NCBI GenBank assembly: GCA_965206845.1
Contig: OZ242221.1
Coordinates: 256,001 to 320,000, forward strand
Direction of reading: 5' to 3'
Source: Cenarchaeum sp.
Lineage (GTDB): Archaea; Thermoproteota; Nitrososphaeria; Nitrososphaerales; Nitrosopumilaceae
Length of the DNA: 64,000 nucleotides
In this document: positions 18,385 through 28,638 of the stretch, piece after piece
Numbering within the stretch: position 1 is the first letter of the stretch
Layout: the number at the start of each line of letters is the position of its first letter
Notes under the pieces: model-generated
Told to the model about the DNA's origin: nothing
Database searches by the model: none
Seen by the model: only the letters and a program-made list of their open reading frames with translations
Program-made: the position numbers and the translations under genes

Positions 18385-18807
18385 ATGGCTAACGTAAAGT
18401 TCTCAGACAACAAACTCATGGACATCGCCTTTATGGGCATGCGGGCCGCCATCGGCGCGGTATTCATCGCCCACGGTGTGGGAAAGTTACTCAATCCAGG
18501 CTTTGCCGGCTTTCTCTCAGGACCTCTTGGACTTCCCGCAGAGCTTGCCATTGTGATTGCGCTAGCAGAGACCGTTGGAGGCATACTGCTGGTCTTTGGC
18601 GTCGTTTCACGAATCGCATCCGGATGGCTGTCAATCATTATGCTTGGAGCGATATTCCATGTAAAGGGCGCGGCAAGCCTGACAGGCGAGAGGGGCACCG
18701 AACTGGATGTCGTACTGCTTGGGGCACTGCTAGTACTAGTGGTTGCCGGCCCGGGAAGGGTCTCGATACCATACGTCGTAAAGCGGATTCCAAGGTTTCT
18801 GCACTAG
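18385..18807 (+). CDS. DoxX family membrane protein
   Basis: R..IG.VFIAHGVGK, AETVGG, GPGRVS; T9 terminator tract at 18821-18829. Confidence 0.88.
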   Translation: MANVKFSDNKLMDIAFMGMRAAIGAVFIAHGVGKLLNPGFAGFLSGPLGLPAELAIVIALAETVGGILLVFGVVSRIASGWLSIIMLGAIFHVKGAASLTGERGTELDVVLLGALLVLVVAGPGRVSIPYVVKRIPRFLH

Positions 18808-19038
18808 AGCTATTCACTTGTTTTTTTTTACCACGGTATGTGTAGGTGGGCGCACCCACCCGTAAGCGACCAGGTTGCACCCACCATACCTGTGAAGAAC
18901 CAGATTGGGCATGTCAAACCCTAGCGTTCTGTCGTATCCGTCACCATTTGTGCATAAATCTGCACGGAGCGGCCAGAAATATCCGTGGGTGCCCAATCCC
19001 TCATTTGATCAAGCGGTGGCGATGTAGTCACCTACTAC

Positions 19039-20928
19039 CTATCCATCCAGCGCCCTTCTGGCCTCTCTTACTGCAGCGCCGTCCTCAAGCGTGCTTGTGT
19101 CTCCGGTCTGCTCCCCCTGCGCCATTGCCCTGAGTAGCCTCCTCATTATCTTGCCGCTACGTGTCTTGGGCAGGCCGGACAGAAAATAGATCCTCTGCGG
19201 GGTTGCGATGGGACCAACGCCGTCCCTTATGCACGACGTGATCTCGCGCCGGAGTGCATCGTGCTCCCCCGCGGTGCCATCCCTCAGCACCGCGAAGGCA
19301 ATTATGGCCTCCCCCTTTACCTCGTCAGGAACCGTGCAGACGGCGGACTCGGCAACGTCCGGATGGGACACGATGCTGCTCTCAAGCTCTGCTGTGCCTA
19401 TTCTGTGTCCGGCAACCTTGAGTACGTCATCGGCCCGCCCCAAAAGCCACAGGTAGCCGTCGGCGTCCTTCACCGCATAGTCCCCGGAGTAGTAGCAGCC
19501 CGGATACCTTGACCAGTAGACATCGCGATACTTTTCATCGTCACCCCACAGCGTCAGCATCATTCCCGGCCAGGGCCTTCGGATCACCAGATACCCTCGG
19601 GTGCCCGTCGGTGCATCTCCCCCGTCCTCGTCGACCACGGCAATATCCGCACCGGGTATTGGCCTTGTTGCCGATCCCGGCTTGAGCGGAACGGTCTCCA
19701 AGCCCGGAAGGGCAGATATCATCATCCCGCCAGTCTCGGTCTGCCACCAGGTATCGATCACCGGGCACCGTCCTCCCCCGATTACGGCATGGTACCACCT
19801 CCACACCTCAGGGTTGATGGGCTCGCCGACCGTTCCTAAAAGCCGTAGCCGGGACAGGTCGTGCGAGTTTGGAATATCGTCGCCGGACTTGATGAACATC
19901 CTGAGCGCAGTGGGAGTTGTGTAGAGTATGGTCACCCGGTACCTCTGGATCATCTCCCATATGCGCGATGCGTCAGGATAGTCTGGCGCTCCCTCGTACA
20001 TCACCTGTGTGGCCCCGTGCAGCAACGGGCCGTACACCACGTAGCTGTGTCCTGTCACCCAGCCAATGTCTGCGGTGCAAAAATATACGTCCGAGTCCCT
20101 TATGTCAAAGGCCCACCGGAAGGTGGAGTGGACGTGCGCTAAGTAACCGCCGGTGCCGTGCAGGACTCCCTTGGGCTTTCCCGTGGTGCCTGACGTGTAC
20201 AGGATAAAGAGCGGATGTTCACTGTCAAGGGACTCTGCCGAGCAGTCCTGGGAGGCACCACGCACCAGATCGTCCCACAGATGATCCTTTGGTCCCAGCG
20301 TGATCCCAGAGCCCGTCCTCTGACACACCACCACATGCCTGACACGCTCTAGGCCAGATATCGCCTCGTCCACCACGCCCTTCAGCTCCACCCTACGGCC
20401 CCGCCGGAGGCCGCCGTCTGCGGTAATGACCACGCTGGCGCCCGAGTCTTCCAGCCTGCCCCTCAACGAGGCGGCGCTAAATCCAGAGAATACTACAGTG
20501 TGCACTGCCCCGATTCTGGCGCATGCCAGCATGGATATCGGAAGTTCCGGGATCATAGGCAGGTACAGCGCCACCCTGTCGCCTGCGCATACGCCCAAGG
20601 ATCTGAGCGCGTTTGAGACACGCCGAACCTCGTCGTACAGCTCCCCGTAGGTGATCCTTCGGGTTTTGCCGTCCTCGCCCTCCCACAGTATGGCAATCTT
20701 GGAGGCGCGCTTCTCCTGATGAACGTCCAGCGCGTTGTATGCCGCGTTGATCCTGCCGCCCCGGAACCACCTGGCAAACGGCGGCTGCCAGTCAAGCGCC
20801 ACGCCCCACCGCCGGAACCAGGTCAGTCGGGACGCCTGGTCCTCCCAGAACGATACAAAGTCCTCCTGCGCCCGCGCCCTAGTCTCCGTGTCGTTGTTAC
20901 CCAGTCCGATCTCAAAGGATTCCGTCAT
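19039..20928 (-). CDS. acs: Acetyl-CoA synthetase (AMP-forming)
   Basis: YTSGTTGKPKG, ADIGWVTGHSY, VGEPIN, DTWWQTETG, GRADD, LPKTRSGKIMRR; start ATG 20928. Confidence 0.95.
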   Translation of the reverse strand: MTESFEIGLGNNDTETRARAQEDFVSFWEDQASRLTWFRRWGVALDWQPPFARWFRGGRINAAYNALDVHQEKRASKIAILWEGEDGKTRRITYGELYDEVRRVSNALRSLGVCAGDRVALYLPMIPELPISMLACARIGAVHTVVFSGFSAASLRGRLEDSGASVVITADGGLRRGRRVELKGVVDEAISGLERVRHVVVCQRTGSGITLGPKDHLWDDLVRGASQDCSAESLDSEHPLFILYTSGTTGKPKGVLHGTGGYLAHVHSTFRWAFDIRDSDVYFCTADIGWVTGHSYVVYGPLLHGATQVMYEGAPDYPDASRIWEMIQRYRVTILYTTPTALRMFIKSGDDIPNSHDLSRLRLLGTVGEPINPEVWRWYHAVIGGGRCPVIDTWWQTETGGMMISALPGLETVPLKPGSATRPIPGADIAVVDEDGGDAPTGTRGYLVIRRPWPGMMLTLWGDDEKYRDVYWSRYPGCYYSGDYAVKDADGYLWLLGRADDVLKVAGHRIGTAELESSIVSHPDVAESAVCTVPDEVKGEAIIAFAVLRDGTAGEHDALRREITSCIRDGVGPIATPQRIYFLSGLPKTRSGKIMRRLLRAMAQGEQTGDTSTLEDGAAVREARRALDG

Positions 20929-21009
20929 GTGTGGCACAACACCGTATGTTGTCTTAAATGTAAGTTTGGCAACACCGTATCTGGTCACGCCGGTGCAGAA
21001 TGTACGTCA

Positions 21010-22806
21010 TTACTCGGTGGTCTCAGTCTGCTGTATCTGTGCCAGTACCGACTCGGGGATCTCGTCCAGCGCCTTTTGCAGGATTGAGCCCAGGATCGGC
21101 AGGTCGTTTCTGTAGCCGATGGACAGGTCATACTCGTGTCCCGTGGGGCCCGCGTTGCGCAGCCCCTCGATTCCGAGCACGCCCGCGTGGTGGTTGACTA
21201 CCTCCCATGTGGCGGCAAACGCGTCCGCCTCGCCTGCCTGCATCATCTCAAGCCCAGCAACAAACCCGTCCACCGATATGTACTCAACGTCGGGGTGGTT
21301 CTCGTCAAGCCACGCCTCTATCGCGTAGTCCCGTACGGTGAGCAGCCGGAGGCCCTCCTCGTTGAGGTCGACGGGCCCGTCGCCCAGGGTCGCGATGCTT
21401 GTGCGCGCGGTGTAGTGGGGTTCGGTAAAGCTCATGTACTCCAGCCGGTCTGTGGTGCTAGCCGACATGAACACGATGTCTGCGCTCCTGTCCTGCAGGG
21501 ACTCGAGGGCATGGGACCAGCTGGATATCGAGGCCTGCGCAAAGTCTGCGCCGGTGATCCTCTCAAACTCAGATACGTATTGTGCCGTAGTGCCCGCAAG
21601 CTGGCCGGACTCGTCAAGGTACTCGATCGGGATCCATTGTGGATCATAGGCCACCGTTATGGTCGGGTTCTCCTCCAGCCATGCAGCCTCCTCCGGGGTC
21701 AGGGTTGCCAGCGTCGATGACGCGTCATACCCCTGCTGTATCCGTTCCAGCACCGAGTCGGGGATCGCGTCAAGCGCCTTTTGCAGGATTGAGCCCAGGA
21801 TCGGCAGGTCGTTTCTGTAGCCGATGGACAGGTCATACTCGTGTCCCGTGGGGCCCGCGTTGCGCAGCCCCTCGATTCCGAGCACGCCCGCGTGGTGGTT
21901 GACTACCTCCCACGTGGCGGCAAACGCGTCCGCCTCGCCTGCCTGCATCATCTCAAGCCCCGCAACAAACCCGTCCACCGATATGTACTCAACGTCGGGG
22001 TGGTTCTCGTCAAGCCACGCCTCTATCGCGTAGTCCCGTACGGTGAGCAGCCGGAGGCCCTCCTCGTTGAGGTCGACGGGTCCGTCGCCCAGGGTTGCGA
22101 TGCTTGTGCGCGCGGTGTAGTGGGGTTCGGTAAAGCTCATGTACTCCAGCCGCTCCGTGGTGCTGGCCGACATGAACACGATGTCTGCGCTCCTGTCCTG
22201 CAGGGACGCGAGGGCATGGGACCAGCTGGATATCGAGGCCTGCGCAAAGTCTGCGCCGGTGATCCTCTCAAACTCAGATACGTATTGTGCCGTAGTGCCC
22301 GCAAGCTGGCCGGACTCGTCAAGGTACTCGATCGGGATCCATTGTGGATCATAGGCCACCGTTATGGTCGGGTTCTCCTCCAGCCATGCAGCCTCCTCCG
22401 GGGTCAGGGTTGCCAGTGCCGGCGCGTCGTCGGTTACTGGTTCGGTCAGATCCAGACCAAGTGCCAGTAGCGCCTCGTACGTGTCCGGGTAAAGGCAGAG
22501 GGGCTGCTGGGAGTCTCTGATGTAGAGATCCCTTGGAGCGTTGCACTGGATATCAGAGAGTGGAACTCCTTCCCTCTGTTGCTGCAGCGGGGAGGCATGC
22601 GGTGACTGATCTCCAGATGTATCTGACTGCGTGTCAGTGACCGAACCCTGAGCATATGCGGGCACCACCGGACTGTACACTGCATACATGTCATCTTGAC
22701 TTGAGGCCTGCCATGCATCCAGCAGACCGCTTGATGCGTGTGGCAGTATCGCAACTGCCGCCAAAAGCCACACAGTACCAAGAATAACAGAAATTTGGCG
22801 CCTCAT
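21010..22806 (-). CDS. Secreted protein with two near-identical type-2 periplasmic-binding (BvgS/ABC substrate-binding-like) domains
   Basis: Signal peptide; a small Cys-pair domain (IQCNAPRDLYIRDSQQPLCL); two copies of LTPEEAAWLEENPTITVAYDPQWIPIEYLDESG...ILQKALD. Confidence 0.85.
   Translation of the reverse strand: MRRQISVILGTVWLLAAVAILPHASSGLLDAWQASSQDDMYAVYSPVVPAYAQGSVTDTQSDTSGDQSPHASPLQQQREGVPLSDIQCNAPRDLYIRDSQQPLCLYPDTYEALLALGLDLTEPVTDDAPALATLTPEEAAWLEENPTITVAYDPQWIPIEYLDESGQLAGTTAQYVSEFERITGADFAQASISSWSHALASLQDRSADIVFMSASTTERLEYMSFTEPHYTARTSIATLGDGPVDLNEEGLRLLTVRDYAIEAWLDENHPDVEYISVDGFVAGLEMMQAGEADAFAATWEVVNHHAGVLGIEGLRNAGPTGHEYDLSIGYRNDLPILGSILQKALDAIPDSVLERIQQGYDASSTLATLTPEEAAWLEENPTITVAYDPQWIPIEYLDESGQLAGTTAQYVSEFERITGADFAQASISSWSHALESLQDRSADIVFMSASTTDRLEYMSFTEPHYTARTSIATLGDGPVDLNEEGLRLLTVRDYAIEAWLDENHPDVEYISVDGFVAGLEMMQAGEADAFAATWEVVNHHAGVLGIEGLRNAGPTGHEYDLSIGYRNDLPILGSILQKALDEIPESVLAQIQQTETTE
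21043..22417. repeat. Intragenic tandem duplication, 705-bp period
   Basis: About 21043-21712 repeats at about 21748-22417; identical shadow ORFs offset by 705 (21119/21824, 21434/22139); few substitutions. Confidence 0.95.
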
Positions 22807-23399
22807 CTCATCTCACCAATTTGAAAGGACGGCTGCCGCTACCAGTAGGGTTACATATGCTGTCCTGCTGGCTTGCGCGAATAGCATACAGCATCATCAG
22901 GGCATCTAGCAATATGTCGCATTTAAGCATTTAAAATCAAACGGCGCCGGGCACCGGACAGTCAAAAGATTTGAGGACGTAGAACCGACCGGTACTCAAT
23001 GAACTCCAGGGCAAAGCGTGGGAAGGAGACAGAGGGTCTGAAAGGGCGCGCCATCAACACACCGCAATCAGGCCTTCACGTCTACCAGCAGAATGCAGGC
23101 TCGGTGTCGCAAGGGCTCCGCCCACGGCAACCGCTGCCTTGTGAAGCGCCTGCTGCAAGCCGGTGTCGCGGCCTACTCAGAATGGCAGCGTCGCCTCCGA
23201 TGGGTGCCACAACTCATGAAATGAAGACAGTCCCAAGGCAGGTGTCCCGGGGCGGAGCATCCACAAGAACATCTCCGGAATCCAAGACAGGGATGCTAGA
23301 ACGGATCAAAGGCAGCGTGGAGGGGCGGACGGTTTCCAAAGGCGCATGCAGCGCGCAAAAGAACCAATACCTAAAATACCCAAACTGCATATTTGGGAT

Positions 23400-23954
23400 G
23401 TGGATATTATAGTCGGCATTACCGGAAGCACCGGCGTAATTTATGGGATCCGCCTGCTGGAGGTGCTAAAGGAATGCGGCGTCCGAACCCACCTGGTTAT
23501 GAGCGAGTGGGCAGCAAAATGCATCCCGATGGAGACCAATTACACGACCGACCAGGTACGAGCCATGGCAGACACGGTCTCGGATCAAAACAACATGGCA
23601 GCCAGCATCTCTAGTGGCACGCACAAGGTTGACGGCATGATAGTGGCACCCTGCAGCATGAAGACGCTCTCCAGCATAGCAAATGGGTACGACGACACCC
23701 TGATCTCCAGGGCAGCCGGGGTGACAATCAAGGAGTCAAGGAGGCTGATTCTCATGACAAGGGAGGCGCCGCTGTCTGCAATCCATCTTGAGAACATGCT
23801 AAAGCTGGCAAGGCTCGGCATCGTCATACTCCCGCCGGTTACCGAGTTCTATACGCGACCGCAGCACATAAGCGACATGGTAAACCACGGCGTCGGCAAG
23901 TGTCTTGATCAGTTTGGCATCGACCACTCCCTGTACCGGAGGTGGGGAGGGTAG
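23400..23954 (+). CDS. ubiX: Flavin prenyltransferase UbiX
   Basis: IVGITGSTG, ASISSG, APCSMKTLSSIANG, RAAGVTIKE, REAPL; GTG start 23400. Confidence 0.93.
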   Translation: MDIIVGITGSTGVIYGIRLLEVLKECGVRTHLVMSEWAAKCIPMETNYTTDQVRAMADTVSDQNNMAASISSGTHKVDGMIVAPCSMKTLSSIANGYDDTLISRAAGVTIKESRRLILMTREAPLSAIHLENMLKLARLGIVILPPVTEFYTRPQHISDMVNHGVGKCLDQFGIDHSLYRRWGG

Positions 23955-23955
23955 C

Positions 23956-24384
23956 ATGCCGCGAATAAATTTTGAGAGAATCATAAAGGCAGACAGGGAT
24001 CGTGTGTTTAGCGTAGTGACAAACTACAGTGACTTTCAAAAGACGCTGCCAAAATACTTTCCGTCAATCAGGGTCAGATCGAGGCGGGACAACGTGGCAG
24101 TGGTGGAGGAGCACATGCGCATAGCTGGCAGGGAGCTGACGATGATGACAAAGCACATCACAAAGTCGCCTGAGAGCCACGAGATGTTTGTCATAGGCGG
24201 TGATGCCAAAGGCAGCCACATCATGGAGAGGTACGAGTCGGTACAGGATGGCACCAAGGTAACGGTAATGGCCGACATCAAGCTGGGCAGAGCCATAAGA
24301 ATTGCAGGGCTGTTCAGCAGGCGAAAGCTGAACCGAGATCTGGAGGATATGATAGATGGATTTGCACGGATTATAGAGAGCTAG
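23956..24384 (+). CDS. SRPBCC/START (polyketide cyclase-like) protein
   Basis: ERIIKADRDRVFSVVTNYSDFQKTLP pattern; 1 bp after ubiX. Confidence 0.8.
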   Translation: MPRINFERIIKADRDRVFSVVTNYSDFQKTLPKYFPSIRVRSRRDNVAVVEEHMRIAGRELTMMTKHITKSPESHEMFVIGGDAKGSHIMERYESVQDGTKVTVMADIKLGRAIRIAGLFSRRKLNRDLEDMIDGFARIIES

Positions 24385-24581
24385 CCTCTGACGTCCTTGT
24401 TCTCTTTGAACTCCTTGAGCTCCTTGTCTCCCTGAATCTTGCCTTTTTCATACTCGCCCTTTGCCTTTCCAAAGGTTCTAGCCAGCTCTGGGATCTTTTT
24501 TGCGCCGAATATGAATACGACCGCAATTACTATGATATAGATCCATTCAGAACCCTGGATGAACATTCCCAGATCTATCAT
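24381..24581 (-). CDS. tatA: Twin-arginine translocase TatA/E
   Basis: EWIYIIVIAVVFIFGAKKIPELARTFGKAKGEY. Confidence 0.92.
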   Translation of the reverse strand: MIDLGMFIQGSEWIYIIVIAVVFIFGAKKIPELARTFGKAKGEYEKGKIQGDKELKEFKENKDVRG

Positions 24582-24984
24582 CGGTCATATTTGGGCTTGT
24601 TGTGATTTAAATGTTCAGAAAAACAACGCACCAAGCCAGATCTCCACTCATTTGGGCGCGAGACTGCACATGCGGGCGGGCTTTCACGTCCGGCCCAGCA
24701 TGAATGGCGGTTGCACGCTGTAGGATCACGCCCCCCACCCCTCACCCAGCCACGAAGACGCGCATTCTCAGGAAGGCCGTCGCACCCGGCCCGATGCAAG
24801 CGGCAGCCCCACAGCCTGCAATCAAATCTGGAGTCGGCAGGGACCGTCATGACACGATGTGGCTTGGACAGCGTTGGGAAGCATGATAGTTACATAAAAC
24901 CCGCAGTAGCGATTGCGCAGCCGGGTCAGGCCAGATGCGCCAGCAGCAAGATGTCACCAGGTTCTCGTGCGAGGCATCAGGGCA

Positions 24985-25239
24985 TCAGATTGCGATCTCA
25001 ACTGATGCAGTGCTCACTACCGGGTTGTAGAGTCTCAGCTCGTCGCAGAGCCTGCGCACGGTACCGATTGCATCATCACCGCTCTCTGCGCTTATCTCAA
25101 ACTTGAGCATCTTTGCGGTACGTATCCTTTTGACCGTTGTGACCCTCTCCAGAACCAGATCATTGAGAATGGTGTCCCCCTCGGGATCGCTTATTCCGGC
25201 CTTGTTCTCTATTGTTACGTGGATGCGGTACACCTGCAT
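24985..25239 (-). CDS. purS: Phosphoribosylformylglycinamidine synthase subunit PurS
   Basis: KAGISDPEGDTI...RLCDELRLYNPVV. Confidence 0.9.
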   Translation of the reverse strand: MQVYRIHVTIENKAGISDPEGDTILNDLVLERVTTVKRIRTAKMLKFEISAESGDDAIGTVRRLCDELRLYNPVVSTASVEIAI

Positions 25240-25488
25240 GATGCCACATCACACGCCGCATAATATTAGTCATCTTCCATCAGGGGCCCAGAAAGACCGG
25301 CCGGCCAGGGCATCCCTGCCCGTGCAAAGATTCAGACACGGGCGGTAGCAGGCGCAGAGGCATGACTGTGCCCAACCCGGCCCCCTGCGCGCTGCCCGTA
25401 CGCCACGCTCCGGTCCCACACCCCAGACATGTCTGCCAGGGCCGAACACCTGCATTGGAATTTATACGGGCTGGCCCGCCGATGCGTT

Positions 25489-25956
25489 GTGAGAGCAAGG
25501 TACTGGAAGCTGACTCCCGGCGAGATGGCAAAGCTTGCATACAACCCGGATCGGCTGCTGAACTGGGACGTCAAGCTGGTAAGGGAGCCTGAAGAGAGCG
25601 CCATATTTATCGGCATATTCATGTACAGGAACGGCACGCCGCTTGGCTATGAGGCCGTCAAGGGCGTGGTGTACTACTACAATCGCATAGATCGGGACGA
25701 GCTGCCCAAGATTACCGGATTCCTAAAGGGCAGGCTCGGCGGCAACGTGAGGGAGAAGGGGGATCGAGTATTTCTGGAGAACTCGGACGAGATCTACTCT
25801 GCAGGTGACATTGCATCACTGGCAAGGGAAGCCGAGACCAAGCTAAATGCCAAGGCCACCATCACCCTGGAGTTTGCAGGCGTCACCGAAGAGGAGCTGA
25901 AGGAGGCAGGAATGCCAGAAGCGAAGCTCCTGCCAATTCCGGGAGCAAGTAATTAA
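25489..25956 (+). CDS. Hypothetical protein
   Basis: GTG 25489 lies about 23 nt after a TTTATA box; natural composition; upstream of tatC. Confidence 0.75.
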   Translation: MRARYWKLTPGEMAKLAYNPDRLLNWDVKLVREPEESAIFIGIFMYRNGTPLGYEAVKGVVYYYNRIDRDELPKITGFLKGRLGGNVREKGDRVFLENSDEIYSAGDIASLAREAETKLNAKATITLEFAGVTEEELKEAGMPEAKLLPIPGASN

Positions 25957-25982
25957 ATCACACCGTCGCCTATTACACACAG

Positions 25983-26801
25983 ATGTCAGAGTTTCAGGAG
26001 ATCAGCAGACACCTAGAGGAGCTGCGCACCAGAATCCTCCGTATCGCCATAGTGGTAGGCGCAGTTACCGTGTTCATCATCACATTTCACATACAAGCCC
26101 ACGATGTGGCCGGCCTTACCATATACTACCCAACGCCGGATCCGCTCAACAACATAGCGGCTCAGATCACCGAATACATGAAGAGCACCCTGGTGCCAGA
26201 GGGCGTGGATCTCATCCAGACAGCACCAGGACAGGCATTCTTTGCCCAGGTGTACATTGCCGCACTGGTGGGAGTCGTGGCATCAATGCCAGTAATAGTC
26301 AGGGAATCGGTAAACTTTCTGAGGCCGGCGCTCAAGGAGAGGGAGATAAACATCGGAAGGACGATAACGGCTCCCGCCCTAGGGCTGTTTGTTGCAGGGT
26401 GCGTATTCTCGTTCGTGATGGTGATACCATACATTCTGGAGTTCCTTTACAGCTATGGAGACTCTGCCGGCTTGATAACATTTCTCAACGTGATAGACTT
26501 CGTCGCGTTTGTACTGCAGTTCCTGCTGGCCTTTGGGATCTCGTTTCAGCTGCCGCTTGTCATGTATGCAACCACGGCATCCGGACTTGTCGATGTGGTG
26601 TTCTGGAGGAAGAACATAAGGTACGCCATCGTGATTCTTGTGGTGTTTGGTGCCGTAGTAACGCCTGACGGCAGCGGTGTGACGATGTGGTTCATTGCAG
26701 GTCCCATGATTGGGCTGTACTTTGCAGGGATGTTCATCATAGAGAGGCAGAACAGAAAGGCCAAGACGGCCGGCGCGCTGCCCGACGCGGCGTCTGACTA
26801 G
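25983..26801 (+). CDS. tatC: Twin-arginine translocase TatC
   Basis: HLEELRTRI, FLRPALKERE, FGISFQLP, AVVTPDG. Confidence 0.95.
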   Translation: MSEFQEISRHLEELRTRILRIAIVVGAVTVFIITFHIQAHDVAGLTIYYPTPDPLNNIAAQITEYMKSTLVPEGVDLIQTAPGQAFFAQVYIAALVGVVASMPVIVRESVNFLRPALKEREINIGRTITAPALGLFVAGCVFSFVMVIPYILEFLYSYGDSAGLITFLNVIDFVAFVLQFLLAFGISFQLPLVMYATTASGLVDVVFWRKNIRYAIVILVVFGAVVTPDGSGVTMWFIAGPMIGLYFAGMFIIERQNRKAKTAGALPDAASD

Positions 26802-27110
26802 ACTGCCCACTACAGTCCCGTCTGCGCTCTGACGGATCAAGCCCCGGACGCGGCCACGACGTACCCTTTAAAAAAAAGTCGGCAGTGATCGCTCACGCAC
26901 GGAGCCGCATCGGGCCAGGCGCCGGGGTTCGTCCGGGTGCGAGCCGGTGCCCAAACGAATGGCGGCGCGGCCTTGTACATTCATGTTCTAAAGGTATAGA
27001 AAATCCCCGCTCATGGGGAAAACAGGTATGGGAGCGCGGCGCCGTATGGGAAGTCTGCACCACGATCGATTCTGGCGCGAATGTGAACCTACCCCGGCAC
27101 CAATATGGCG

Positions 27111-27887
27111 CTAGCTGTTCGAGTCAGCCTCACCGTCAGGGACGCTATCGCCACCAGTATCAACGCCCACATCGTGGCCAGGCCCGGCGTATAATGACAA
27201 AAGTTCTCCCACATGAATTCCGTGCAGGTGGTCTGGACCGGCCTCAGACACCATGTATGCCATAATCGCCCCGTTTGCAAGCCCCATTGTGACAAGGAAT
27301 GGCAAGTGGGTCAGGCTGCCACTGATCGCCTTCTGGAATCCGACCCGGCCTTTTTTGTAGTACAGGCCCTCCAGCCTGCTCCAGAGGCGTCGCATCTCGC
27401 CGCGCTTCTTTTTTAACTGCTGCGTGCCCTCTTCTGTAATCTCAAGCAGTTCATCTTTCTTCTCCATTCCTACTTCTTCGATGACGTCGTTTATTCTGCT
27501 GCGGTCTTCTGGCGTCATGATCCTCACGAGTCGTTTCTCGTGCCGCTTGTACTCCGGCGAGTCCAGAAAAGCCTCAAACCTCTCCCGCTCGTCAAAGGAC
27601 ATCTTTCGGCTTAGTTTTCTTACCAAGCCGCAATGGAACAGTCTCTCCATGCCGTCGATTGTCCTCATAGTGCCGATTCTTATCGGCGTGCGTAGATCTT
27701 CTCTCCTGATGGATTCCAGAACCACGTAATCCCAGGCTGAAAGGGTCTTGATCAGCCTCGCCCTCTGTGCATTCCGTGCGGCCTCCTGTGCTTCCTCTTC
27801 TTTTGCCCGCCTTGCTTCCCGTTCTGCCAAATCCACCTGCAGCCTTTTCAGGTACTCCTTCTCGTAAGCCTCAATGTCACTACGCAT
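27111..27887 (-). CDS. Hypothetical protein (charged N-terminus, possible winged helix)
   Basis: Coding-like from ATG 27887 (MRSDIEAYEKEYLKR); TATA-like TATATA upstream; the upstream part of the long ORF looks non-coding. Confidence 0.65.
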   Translation of the reverse strand: MRSDIEAYEKEYLKRLQVDLAEREARRAKEEEAQEAARNAQRARLIKTLSAWDYVVLESIRREDLRTPIRIGTMRTIDGMERLFHCGLVRKLSRKMSFDERERFEAFLDSPEYKRHEKRLVRIMTPEDRSRINDVIEEVGMEKKDELLEITEEGTQQLKKKRGEMRRLWSRLEGLYYKKGRVGFQKAISGSLTHLPFLVTMGLANGAIMAYMVSEAGPDHLHGIHVGELLSLYAGPGHDVGVDTGGDSVPDGEADSNS

Positions 27888-28498
27888 TCTGTACGGTGCC
27901 GCATTTGCGTATATAATGGATGCGCCTGTCCGGACAGGCCAATGCATGGCATTGCTCCAGTGCGTCACGTATGCCTTTGTATCCTTTACGGGCCGTCGGA
28001 GCAGTCCAAGTGGGCCTGCCGTACCGACATGGGATCCGCAAGGCACGAAAACCCGGCGCGCCAGACCCCTGCTGCGGCAGGCTGGCAAACCGGGAGGCGG
28101 CGCCAGAGGACATGCCGCCCCGGGGGACCGCCCCCTCCCCTGGCATCAGGATTGCTGACAGGACGGGCAGGCCAGAGGGCTTGTAGTGGCGCGCCCCGAT
28201 GCGGCGCCGCGGCCAGCTGGCTGGGAGCGGTACCGGTGATCCGGCGCTGCCCTGCCCCGGTTTGGCACGACTCCGTGCAAAGCCCGCACCGCGATCCCGC
28301 GCAAAATGCCCATCCGCCCCTCGCCAGACACGCGCAGAAGCCAGTTTGAGGCACGGGCAAACGTGCAAGGCAGTCCACTGGGGTGGCACCTGCCAGATGC
28401 GGCGGCGGCAAATCCCGCGTCGGGAACCAAATGTTCGAAAAGAACCAGTATCTGTGGTTATTCTAAACCTTTAAAATCTTGTAGTGGCAAGTCCAACC

Positions 28499-28633
28499 AT
28501 GTCAGATGCAACATGTGGATGCGCCGGTTCAGCCGAAAGTGGTTCGGAGTGCGATTGTGCACTACAGAGCGCATGCTTTTGCGACGCCACTTGTGACTGC
28601 AAACTTGACGTTTGCGTAAACACAGAACACTAG
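28499..28633 (+). CDS. Metallothionein-like Cys-rich microprotein (44 aa)
   Basis: MSDATCGCAGSAESGSECDCALQSACFCDATCDCKLDVCVNTEH*; 9 Cys including four CxC; TTTAAAA box about 25 nt upstream, oligo-T tract right after the stop. Confidence 0.8.
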   Translation: MSDATCGCAGSAESGSECDCALQSACFCDATCDCKLDVCVNTEH

Positions 28634-28638
28634 CTGAA

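Noticed and set aside
23379-23397. Palindrome CCCAAA-N7-TTTGGG just before ubiX
   Set aside because: 6-bp arms occur readily by chance; no independent support
22999-23412. 137-aa ORF upstream of ubiX
   Set aside because: No motif, low-complexity composition, overlaps the ubiX start
27890-28440. Long very GC-rich intergenic stretch, considered as ncRNA or MITE (similar stretches at 32040-32440 and 54410-54770)
   Set aside because: No terminal inverted repeats, recurring copies or recognisable RNA family found by eye
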